In this document: positions 7,543 through 15,002 of the stretch, in pieces
Position numbering within the stretch: position 1 is the first letter of the stretch
Layout of the letters: each line of letters begins with the position of its first letter
DNA from: an uncultured Microthrixaceae bacterium
GTDB lineage: Bacteria > Actinomycetota > Acidimicrobiia > Acidimicrobiales > DATDAH01
Length of the DNA: 64,000 nt
NCBI GenBank assembly: GCA_964635055.1
Contig: CAZWMT010000002.1
Location: 130,550 to 194,549, forward strand
Direction: 5' to 3'
Position numbers and translations under genes: made by a program
Notes under the pieces: generated by a model
What the model was told of the DNA's origin: nothing
What the model saw: only the letters and a program-made list of their open reading frames with translations
The model's database searches: none

Positions 7543-10152
7543 ATGCGACCCCAGCGCCACAGGACGCGTGGCGTGCACCGCGCCGTGCGGTCGCGCGGGT
7601 CCGGGCGTTCGATCGTGTCCATGGGGGGGACCGCGGCGCGGCTCGGCGCGGTCCTCACACTGCTCGGTGTGTTGGCCGCGACGACGGGCGTGTTCGCCGC
7701 CGTCACCGACAGCGCCGAGACCGGCGTGGCCCAGGTCGACTCGTCGGAGGCGCCGCCGCTCGAGCTCGGGTCCGTTGGCGACCGGGTGTGGGCCGACGTC
7801 GACCACGACGGCATCCAGGACCTGGGTGAGCCAGGGGTCGGCGGGGTCACGGTGACCCTGCTCGACGAGTCGGGAGCACCCGTCACCGCCGGCGCACTCG
7901 GCGCGCCGGTGGCGCCGGCCGTCACCGACGCCGCCGGCACCTACGGCTTCGGCGATCTGGCGCCGGCCACCTATCTCGTGCGGTTCTCCGGGTTGCCCAC
8001 CGGTGCCCGTTTCACCTACCACGGCTCGGTCCCCGGCGACGGCACGGATTCCGACGCCGATCCCGACACCGGGGTCACCGCGCCCATCGCCGTGGCCTCC
8101 GGGGAGCGCGACACCGGCGTGGACGCCGGGCTCTGGACGCCGGCACCCGGCCTCTCGCTCGAGAAGCGGGCCCAGGGCGCTGACGCCGACACCGCGCCGG
8201 GACCGTCCCTCCCCATCGGCGACACGGTCACCTTCGACTACCTGGTCACGAACACCGGGAACGAGCCCCTGCGGGACCTCGCGGTGACCGACGACCGGGG
8301 CGTGGAGGTGACCTGCGCACAGACCGAGATCGGCCGGGGTCAGGCGGTCGCCTGCCGCGGTACCGACGATGCGGTCGCCGGTGCCTACACGAACACCGGC
8401 ACCGCGACGGCGAACGGGGCCGACTCGGGCGAGCCCTCGCCACCGGCACGGGATTCGGCCCACTACACCGGCGTGGAGCCGATGCTCTCGCTCGAGAAGT
8501 CGGTCAACGGATCCCCGGCCGACTCGGCATCCGATCCCGTTGCTCTCGACATCGGGCGCCCGGTCACCTTCACGTTCCGGGTGGAGAACCTGGGCACGGA
8601 GCCGCTCGGCGCGATCACGCTCACCGACGAGGCGACGGTGGTGGCCTGCCCGCGTGCCGAGTTGGGCCCTGGGGAATCCATGGAGTGCGACCCGATGGGA
8701 GGGGTGGCGGAGGCGGGCCTGCACACCAACGTGGCGTCGGTCTCCGGTACGGGCACGAGCACGGGGCGGCCTGCGGGTGCGACGGACAGTGCCTCGTACT
8801 TCGGTCAGGATCGCCGGGTCTCGTTCCTGAAGGAGGTGCTCGACCCGGTCTCGGGCGGCTACCTGGACGCCGATGCGGACGCGGGCACCCCGGGGAGCAA
8901 CGACGGCGTGCTGGCGGTCGTTGCCGCGGGCGGGACCGGCCACTTCCGGTTCTCCCTGGCCAACCAGGGGAACGAGCCGTTGCCGGACGCGGTCGTCACC
9001 GATCCCGCCTGCGATGCTCCGCCCGAGCTCGTCAGTGGCGACACCGAACCGGTGGGAAGCCTCGACGTGGGGGAGACCTGGGTGCTCACGTGCGAGCGCC
9101 GTGACCTCACCGCCGGGTTCGTGAACACGGCCTCGGCCAGTGCCGGCGGGCTGACGGCGGTCGAGCGGGCCGGCATCGCCGTCGTCACCGGCACCCCCGA
9201 CGTGCGCATCACCAAGAAGGTGTTCGATCCGCAGACGCAGCAGTTCGGTGACGGCGCCACCATCACCATCGGCGACAGTGCGACGTTCCGCATCCGCGTG
9301 ACGAACACGGGTGAGCGGGGCCTCGCCGATGTCGTGGTGAGCGATCCGCAGGTGTCGGGATGCGGGCGGACCCTCCCGGGGGTGCTGGCACCAGGTGCGA
9401 CCGAGATCTGGACCTGCGAGCGCCACGGTCTCACCTCCGGGTTCACCAATCAGGCGTCGGTCCGCGCCCAGCCCGTCGGCGGCGGTGACCGTGTGCGGGC
9501 GCACGACACCGCCAGCGTCCAGGTGATCGACCCCACGGCCGCAGACCTCGAGCTCACGAAGTCGCTCGTCGGGCAGTCCGGCGGCCTGGCGGTGTGGCGG
9601 TTGCTGGTGACCAACCACGGACCCGGCCCGATCGCCGGGCCGGTGACGGTGCGCGACGACCTACCCGGTGAGCTGACCTACGTCTCGGCCGCCGGCGGCG
9701 GGTTCACCTGCTCCGCCCGTTCGCGCCTCGTGACGTGCGTGCGCGCCGCGGCGCTGGCCGACGGCGCCACCGCCACGATCACGCTCACCACCAGGGTCGT
9801 CGTCACGGCGCCCACCACGATCACCAACCAGGCGCAGGTCTTCGCGCCCTCGGCCGACGCCAGGGTCGACAACAACATCGACACGGCCACCGTGCAGGCC
9901 TCGGGCGGGGGCGGCAACGGGGGGACGATCCCGGGTGATCCCGGGCCGGCTCATGTTCCGGGCCCCCCGGGCGGCGCGGCCGGGCCCGACGGGTTGCCTG
10001 ACCGCGCCGTGCCCCACGCCGGCCCCCTCCCCGTCACGGGTGTGGACGAGGCCGCGCTGGTCGCCCTCGGTATCTGCCTGCTGGGGATCGGCATCGTGTT
10101 GCTCTGGGGCGTGGCCCGCCGGCGTCGGGCCGAGGAGGAGGCAGTGTCCTGA
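7543..10152 (+). CDS. Large surface protein: SipW-type signal peptide, SdrD/Cna-B-like domain, multiple DUF11-like Cys-pair domains, LPVTG cell-wall sorting signal
   Basis: Signal region is LGAVLTLLGVLAATTGVFAAVTDSAETG. GDRVWADVDHDGIQDLGEPGVGGVTVTLLD is SD-repeat B-domain-like. Repeated ~100-aa modules have paired Cys. The terminal DUF11-like module is LELTKSL..WRLLVTNHGPGP. LPVTG (10027-10041) is followed by a TM and RRRRAEEE. Start is ATG 7543 or ATG 7621. Confidence 0.85.
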   Translation: MRPQRHRTRGVHRAVRSRGSGRSIVSMGGTAARLGAVLTLLGVLAATTGVFAAVTDSAETGVAQVDSSEAPPLELGSVGDRVWADVDHDGIQDLGEPGVGGVTVTLLDESGAPVTAGALGAPVAPAVTDAAGTYGFGDLAPATYLVRFSGLPTGARFTYHGSVPGDGTDSDADPDTGVTAPIAVASGERDTGVDAGLWTPAPGLSLEKRAQGADADTAPGPSLPIGDTVTFDYLVTNTGNEPLRDLAVTDDRGVEVTCAQTEIGRGQAVACRGTDDAVAGAYTNTGTATANGADSGEPSPPARDSAHYTGVEPMLSLEKSVNGSPADSASDPVALDIGRPVTFTFRVENLGTEPLGAITLTDEATVVACPRAELGPGESMECDPMGGVAEAGLHTNVASVSGTGTSTGRPAGATDSASYFGQDRRVSFLKEVLDPVSGGYLDADADAGTPGSNDGVLAVVAAGGTGHFRFSLANQGNEPLPDAVVTDPACDAPPELVSGDTEPVGSLDVGETWVLTCERRDLTAGFVNTASASAGGLTAVERAGIAVVTGTPDVRITKKVFDPQTQQFGDGATITIGDSATFRIRVTNTGERGLADVVVSDPQVSGCGRTLPGVLAPGATEIWTCERHGLTSGFTNQASVRAQPVGGGDRVRAHDTASVQVIDPTAADLELTKSLVGQSGGLAVWRLLVTNHGPGPIAGPVTVRDDLPGELTYVSAAGGGFTCSARSRLVTCVRAAALADGATATITLTTRVVVTAPTTITNQAQVFAPSADARVDNNIDTATVQASGGGGNGGTIPGDPGPAHVPGPPGGAAGPDGLPDRAVPHAGPLPVTGVDEAALVALGICLLGIGIVLLWGVARRRRAEEEAVS

Positions 10153-10180
10153 GGAGGCAGTGTCCTGAGGAGGCAGTGCC
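10135..10180 (+). repeat. 16-bp tandem repeat (2.9 copies) spanning the stop codon of the LPVTG gene
   Basis: GAGGAGGCAGTGTCCT at 10135-10150 and 10151-10166, then GAGGAGGCAGTGCC at 10167-10180. The TGA stop (10150-10152) straddles the boundary between copies 1 and 2. Confidence 0.9.
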
Positions 10181-10211
10181 ACGCGGCTGGTCAGGAGACC
10201 TCGGTCGGCGC

Positions 10212-10257
10212 GGTGTCGCCGCCGTTGCGCCGCGGCGACACCACGGGTCGCGACGAT
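10212..10257 (+). promoter_or_regulatory. Conserved upstream element of TasA-like gene 1: GGTGTCGCCGCCGTTG, perfect 11-bp hairpin, GACGAT box
   Basis: GGTGTCGCCGC (10212-10222) pairs with GCGGCGACACC (10232-10242). GACGAT at 10252-10257 lies 40 nt from the motif start, the same spacing as upstream of paralogue 2. Confidence 0.45.
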
Positions 10258-10307
10258 CCCGACGAGGGTGGAGGACCGCTCTCGACCGACCACAGGGAGA
10301 CAAGGCC

Positions 10308-11018
10308 ATGAACCGGAGACGAGGAGCCGCCCTGGTGGCGGTCGGCGTGGTGATGACCATGGCCACGGTGCTCGGCGTGTTCGCCGCACTGACCGACACC
10401 GCCGAGACGGGGACGCTGCAGGCCACGTCGACCGGGCTCTCCGAGTCGACCAACCTGCAGATCGACAACACCGGGGCCATCTCGAGCTCGTCCACGAACT
10501 GCGCCACCCGCACCAACTATGTCGACAACCAGAACGTGGTGCCGCTCAGCTGGACGAACGCCGCCGAAGGCGGCACGTTCACCCGGTTCATCTGCCTCAA
10601 GAACACCGGCGTCGAGGTCGCGCAGATGTCGATCTCCCTTCACGGCGTGACGAACACGGACACCGGCTGCACCGGCGACGAGATCGACTTCGACGCGACG
10701 AGCTGTGGCACAGGCGCCGGTGAGCTGGGCCCGAACCTCCAGGCGGAGATCCAGAAGGTCGGCACCTCCGACACGTCCAACGTGCTCTGCAACGAGGGCG
10801 ACATCTCCGGTGCGGTCAACTCGTACTCGACGATCGTCAACGCGACGACGCCGCGCACCCTCGACACGCTCTCGGCCAACGGGAAGATCCAACCGAACAC
10901 GTACGCCTGCTACCGGATCACGATGGAGTACCCGACGAGCATCTCGGACACCAACGTGCAGAAGGCGCAGTCCGACAAGGTGGAGTGGCAGTTCCAGTTC
11001 CACGCCGAGATCGACTGA
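10308..11018 (+). CDS. Secreted 6-Cys protein with SipW-cognate-type signal peptide (TasA/camelysin-like candidate), paralogue 1
   Basis: MNRRRGAALVAVGVVMTMATVLGVFAALTDTAETG. SD AGGGAGA lies 7 nt upstream of ATG 10308. Motifs shared with paralogue 2: NCAT, CLKNTG, NTDTGCTGDE, SCGTGAGELGP, YACYRI, AQSDKVEWQFQF. Confidence 0.85.
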   Translation: MNRRRGAALVAVGVVMTMATVLGVFAALTDTAETGTLQATSTGLSESTNLQIDNTGAISSSSTNCATRTNYVDNQNVVPLSWTNAAEGGTFTRFICLKNTGVEVAQMSISLHGVTNTDTGCTGDEIDFDATSCGTGAGELGPNLQAEIQKVGTSDTSNVLCNEGDISGAVNSYSTIVNATTPRTLDTLSANGKIQPNTYACYRITMEYPTSISDTNVQKAQSDKVEWQFQFHAEID

Positions 11019-11043
11019 GTCGCTGTCGCCGCTGGTCCGCCGC

Positions 11044-11071
11044 GGGCCGACCCCCTATGGGGGGTCGGCCC
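11044..11071 (+). terminator. Strong hairpin after paralogue 1
   Basis: GGGCCGACCCCC (11044-11055), loop TATG, GGGGGTCGGCCC (11060-11071). Perfect 12-bp stem, 26 nt after the stop. Confidence 0.6.
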
Positions 11072-11093
11072 GTGCTCGCGCCTGTGGCGCGGT

Positions 11094-11160
11094 GGTGTCG
11101 CCCGCAGCGTGGCTGGTGTCGCCGCCGTTGGGTCGGCGCGGCACCAGCCGTTGGGACGAT
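11094..11160 (+). promoter_or_regulatory. Conserved upstream element of TasA-like gene 2: GGTGTCGCC direct repeat (21-nt register), imperfect hairpin, GACGAT box
   Basis: GGTGTCGCC at 11094-11102 and 11115-11123. The 16-mer GGTGTCGCCGCCGTTG is identical to 10212-10227. CTGGTG/CACCAG arms are present. GACGAT is at 11155-11160. Confidence 0.45.
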
Positions 11161-11207
11161 CTGAGCAGGCGGGCGTGGGCCCGTCGTCCACCTTCTGGAG
11201 GGATCCT

Positions 11208-11900
11208 ATGAACCGCAAGAAGAGCATCAGCCTGCTCGTGGTCGGCGTCATCATGACGTTCGCCACGCTGCTGGGTGTCTTTGCCGCACAGTTCGACTCG
11301 GCCTCGACGGGGACGCTGGAGGTGAACTCGAGCTCGCTGACGTCGTCGGTCGACCTCAAGATCGCCGACCAGGTGATCTCGACCAACGCCACGGACTGCG
11401 CGACCATCAGCGCCGCCACCTACCTCGACAACCAGACGGTCCAGCCGCTGGTGTTCGCCAACGCCGATCCGGGCGACGACCTCGTCCGCTACGTCTGCGT
11501 CAAGAACACGGGCGCCGAGACCGCCAACATCAACCTCGACCTGTTCGCGGCCACGAACACCGACACGGCGTGCACGGGTGACGAGTTGAGCTTCGACCCC
11601 GCCAGCTGCGGTACCGGTGCCGGTGAGCTGGGACCGCTGCTCAACGTGGACGTCTTCCGGGTGGGCGCGGCGGCCACCGCCAACGTCGGCTGTGACGAGC
11701 TCCTCTCGCTCTCCGGCGCCACCTACAACAGCGGCATCGTGAACGCCACGGGCAACGCCATCGGCTCCATCGGCGCCGGCGAGTACGCCTGCTACCGGAT
11801 CGACGTCGACTACCCCTCCATCAGCACCAGCGGTGACGAGGAGCAGGAGGCCCAGTCGGACCGGGTCACCTGGAAGTTCCGGTTCAACGGCAACGCCTGA
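11208..11900 (+). CDS. Secreted 6-Cys protein with SipW-cognate-type signal peptide (TasA/camelysin-like candidate), paralogue 2
   Basis: MNRKKSISLLVVGVIMTFATLLGVFAAQFDSASTG. SD GGAGGG lies upstream of ATG 11208. Aligns along its length with paralogue 1. Confidence 0.85.
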   Translation: MNRKKSISLLVVGVIMTFATLLGVFAAQFDSASTGTLEVNSSSLTSSVDLKIADQVISTNATDCATISAATYLDNQTVQPLVFANADPGDDLVRYVCVKNTGAETANINLDLFAATNTDTACTGDELSFDPASCGTGAGELGPLLNVDVFRVGAAATANVGCDELLSLSGATYNSGIVNATGNAIGSIGAGEYACYRIDVDYPSISTSGDEEQEAQSDRVTWKFRFNGNA

Positions 11901-11930
11901 GCCCGTAGCAGTCCGGTAGCAAACCGTGAC

Positions 11931-11969
11931 GGGGTGGGTGCCGGCCGACGATGGCCCTGCACCCACCCC
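11931..11969 (+). terminator. Hairpin between paralogue 2 and the signal peptidase gene (terminator or attenuator candidate)
   Basis: GGGGTGGGTGC (11931-11941) pairs with GCACCCACCCC (11959-11969). Perfect 11-bp stem with a 17-nt loop. Confidence 0.4.
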
Positions 11970-12021
11970 TCCGGGCGTTTCGAGAAGGGTTGGTCGAGAT
12001 GGACGACGGGGGAGGGGTGCG

Positions 12022-12774
12022 ATGAGCGGAGCGGGCGTCACCGACGCCGGGAGGTCCGGGGCCAGGGGTTCGGCGGCGGGAGGCGGCCGCACGGCCCGCC
12101 GTCGCCGCGGTTCGACCGTCACCGGGGGCGTGGCCCTGATCGCCACCATCGTGATGCTGCCGGTGGCCCTGCTCTTCGTCATCGTGTGGTTGGCCGGCTG
12201 GCAGCTCGGCTTCGTGCGCACGGGCTCGATGGATCCCGCGCTCCCCCCGGGATCGATGATCGTGAGCAGCCCCATCTCCGCGGACGAGGTCGAGGTGGGG
12301 ATGGTGATGCAGTTCGTCGATCCCCGTGACAACACCCGGATGATCACCCACCGGGTGATCGAGGTGAACCGCGACGACGCCGGGCAGCTGTCGTTCGTCA
12401 CGAAGGGTGACGCGAACGTCGACCGAGACACCGACGAGGTACCGGCCGAGAACGTGCGGGCCGAGGTCCGCTGGCACGTGAAGCGCCTCGGGTCCCTGCT
12501 CTGGGCGGTGCGGTGGCCGCGGTCACTCGGCTTCACCCTGGTACCGCTGCTGCTGGTCGGACTGGGCCTGCTCCTCGGCCGACGCGACGACGCTCCCACG
12601 GGTGACCGAGCGAGGCGCGCGGGCTCGGTGATCGAGTCGCCCGCGCCGTGCGCCGGCTGTCGCGTCGTCATCGACGAGGTGGACCGCTACTGCCGGCGGT
12701 GTGGCACCCGCCAGCCCGCACACCGGCACCCGGCGACGCTCGAGCGGGGGGAGCGGGCCCCGGTCGACACCTGA
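12022..12774 (+). CDS. Signal peptidase I, ER/archaeal (S26B, SipW-like) type, with extra C-terminal TM and cytoplasmic zinc-ribbon tail
   Basis: TGSMDPALPPGS (catalytic Ser), MITHRVIEV (His), FVTKGDANVDRDTDEV. An N-terminal TM and a second TM (FTLVPLLLVGLGLLL) are present. The tail is CAGC..x10..CRRC (12649-12702). SD GGGGGAGGGG lies upstream of ATG 12022. Confidence 0.88.
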   Translation: MSGAGVTDAGRSGARGSAAGGGRTARRRRGSTVTGGVALIATIVMLPVALLFVIVWLAGWQLGFVRTGSMDPALPPGSMIVSSPISADEVEVGMVMQFVDPRDNTRMITHRVIEVNRDDAGQLSFVTKGDANVDRDTDEVPAENVRAEVRWHVKRLGSLLWAVRWPRSLGFTLVPLLLVGLGLLLGRRDDAPTGDRARRAGSVIESPAPCAGCRVVIDEVDRYCRRCGTRQPAHRHPATLERGERAPVDT

Positions 12775-12898
12775 GGGCCCCCGGCGGAGGGCCGGTGAGC
12801 GTCCTTGGGCCGTGATACCCCCCCTTCACCATGCCGATACCACCTGCTCGCGACGGTGGTCACCGTCCAGTCGGTTCGAAGGGGAGGCAGGAGTCGCT

Positions 12899-14989
12899 GT
12901 GGGGGACGTCTCGCAAGTCCGCATCATGCTGTTGGGGCCGTGCCGCTTGGAGATCGGTGGGGCAGAGGTGGCGATGCCCGCTCGCAAGGAGCGGATGGCG
13001 CTGGCCACGCTGGCCCTCAGGCCCGGTCGCCCGCTCGGGGTCCACGAGCTCGCCGCCGTCCTCTGGGGTGAGCCGTTGCCGGACGCCGCCCGCAAGAGCG
13101 CGCAGGCCGTGGCCTCGCGCCTGCGCCGGCGACTGGCTGCCGCGGCCCCCGGCATCGAAGCCAGGTTCGCCACCCACGACGATGGCTACACCCTCCGCGT
13201 GGAGCCCGCCGACGTCGACGCCTTCTGCTTCGAACGACTGGTCGACGACGCCGACCGAGCCCTCCACGAGGGCAACGCCGAACAGGCGCTCAGCCTGCTC
13301 GGTGAGGCCACGGCCCTGTGGCGGGGTGACCCGGTCCCCGAGCTCGCCGACGCGGCCCTCGGCCAGATCGAGGCGGCCCGCCTCACGGGGCTCCGGGTCC
13401 GTGCCCTCGAGCTGTGGAACGACGCCGAGCTCACCGTCGGGCGGAACGACCCTGTCGTCGGTCGCGCCGAGGGACTGCTGGCCGAGGAGCCGTTCCGCGA
13501 GAACCTGTGGGCGCAGCTGATGCTCGCGCTCTACCGCTCCGGCCGTCAGGCCGAGGCGCTCCGTGCCTATCAGCGAGCCCGTGCCGCACTGGTCGATCAG
13601 CTCGGCATCGAGCCTGGGCCCGAGCTGCGCCGGCTCGAGGCCGCCATCGTGACCCAGGCACGCGAGCTCGACCTCAGGACGCTCGAGCCCTCGGCCCCGG
13701 GACCCGCTCCGCGGGGCACTCCCCCGCCGCCCGCCAGCCGGCGCGATGCCGGCGTGCCGGACTGGGTGACCCGTTCGTGCGTCGGCCCGTTCGTGGACCG
13801 CCAGGTCGAGATCGCCCGCATCGAGTCGGCGTTCGACGCCGCTGCGTCCGGTCTGCGGGTCGTGGGGGTGTCGGGCGAGGACGGCATCGGCAAGTCGCGC
13901 CTCGTCGCCGAGGCCGCTCGCCGCTTCGCCGAAGCCGGCGCGCTCGTCCTCGGCGGGCAGTGCCACACCGACCGGTCGTCGCTGGCCCCCTTCCGCCACC
14001 TGCTCGACCGCTACGCCGCCCAGGTGCCGAGCTCTGCCGACGATTGGACGACCGGCACCGCCGCCACCTTCGGTGCGCTGAGCGCCGTCATGGCCGAGCA
14101 ACTCGGCGGCACCTGCCAGCCCGACCTCGACGACCCGTACACCGCGGCGTCCGGTGTCATGTCGCTGGTCCGCTCCGCCGGTCATCGCCGGCCCACGGTC
14201 CTCGTCCTCGATGACCTGCACCTCGCCGACCCGTCGACCATCGAGGCCGTGCGCCAGCTGGTGGACGGACACCCCAACGTGTCGATGCTCGTCGTTCTCG
14301 TGTTCCGCGGCGCGGACGCACGGTTGCGGCCGGAGCTGCTCGATCTCCTCGACGACCTGCACCGACTACAGGGCTACGAACGCATCCCGCTGGGCCCGCT
14401 GCCGAGCGACGACGGTGCGGCGCTCCTCGCCGAGCTGCTCGGGGGCCCGGTAGGAGCCCACTGGGAGCGGGCGTTCGTGACCCTGAACGAGGAGGTGGGC
14501 GGGAAGCCCCGCTACCTGCTGGCCCTCGCTCGCGCCGTCGCCGATCGCCGCGGGGTGGAGGCGGACGACTGGGTGCCGGCGGGCATCGCCGAGCTGGGTC
14601 TGCCCCGGAGCCTCCATGACCTGATCCGGCGCAACCTACGGGCACTACCGGTGGCGTACCGCGCCGTGCTGGACGCGGCCGCGGTGGTCGACAGCCCGTT
14701 CGGTGTCGGCCTGGTCGCCGATCTGGCCGGCTGCAGCACCGACACCGTCCTGGCGGCGCTCGATTGGCTGCGGGTGGCGGGCTTGGTCGTCCAGTCGGAT
14801 CTCGGCACCGCCGCGTTCAGCTGTGAGGCGGTCCGCCGGGCGGTCCGGGACGACCTTGTGCCGGCGCACCTCCTGCGTCTCCGCGCGCGGCGCTCGGATC
14901 CTCGCACGACCGGCGAGGGCGGCGAGGCCGGCGAAGGCGGCGAGGGCACCCGACCCCTCCACCGCGAGCTCTTCTCGACCCCGACCTGA
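12899..14989 (+). CDS. AfsR/SARP-family regulator (winged helix + BTAD + P-loop NTPase), copy 2
   Basis: VRIMLLGPCRLEIGG..LWGEPLP. BTAD is WRGDPVPEL..RENLWAQLMLALYRSGRQAEALRAYQRARAALVDQLGIEPG. Walker A is GEDGIGKSRLVAEAA. GTG 12899 is preceded by GGGGAGGCAGGAG. Confidence 0.88.
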   Translation: MGDVSQVRIMLLGPCRLEIGGAEVAMPARKERMALATLALRPGRPLGVHELAAVLWGEPLPDAARKSAQAVASRLRRRLAAAAPGIEARFATHDDGYTLRVEPADVDAFCFERLVDDADRALHEGNAEQALSLLGEATALWRGDPVPELADAALGQIEAARLTGLRVRALELWNDAELTVGRNDPVVGRAEGLLAEEPFRENLWAQLMLALYRSGRQAEALRAYQRARAALVDQLGIEPGPELRRLEAAIVTQARELDLRTLEPSAPGPAPRGTPPPPASRRDAGVPDWVTRSCVGPFVDRQVEIARIESAFDAAASGLRVVGVSGEDGIGKSRLVAEAARRFAEAGALVLGGQCHTDRSSLAPFRHLLDRYAAQVPSSADDWTTGTAATFGALSAVMAEQLGGTCQPDLDDPYTAASGVMSLVRSAGHRRPTVLVLDDLHLADPSTIEAVRQLVDGHPNVSMLVVLVFRGADARLRPELLDLLDDLHRLQGYERIPLGPLPSDDGAALLAELLGGPVGAHWERAFVTLNEEVGGKPRYLLALARAVADRRGVEADDWVPAGIAELGLPRSLHDLIRRNLRALPVAYRAVLDAAAVVDSPFGVGLVADLAGCSTDTVLAALDWLRVAGLVVQSDLGTAAFSCEAVRRAVRDDLVPAHLLRLRARRSDPRTTGEGGEAGEGGEGTRPLHRELFSTPT

Positions 14990-15002
14990 GCCGGGCGCCA
15001 CC

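Noticed and set aside
4324-9618. A 1764-aa ORF on the minus strand. Similar very long ORFs include 18863..21553 +, 23841..25703 -, 25807..28182 -, 31679..34483 +, 36849..39386 -, 38366..41596 + (5' part), 50548..52764 - and 55050..57407 +.
   Set aside because: They run antisense to genes with clear family signatures. Their translations are low-complexity Arg/Gly/Pro/Ala/His-rich strings with no motifs. Such shadow ORFs are expected in very high-GC DNA because stop codons are rare.
10176-10307. An upstream GTG start (10176) for the first TasA-like gene, preceded by the SD-like GAGGAGG of the 16-bp repeat.
   Set aside because: The SD-to-start spacing is only 2 nt, and the 44-aa extension is Arg/Gly-rich with no signal-peptide character. 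ATG 10308 has a well-spaced AGGGAGA and gives an N-terminus parallel to its paralogue (MNRRR / MNRKK).
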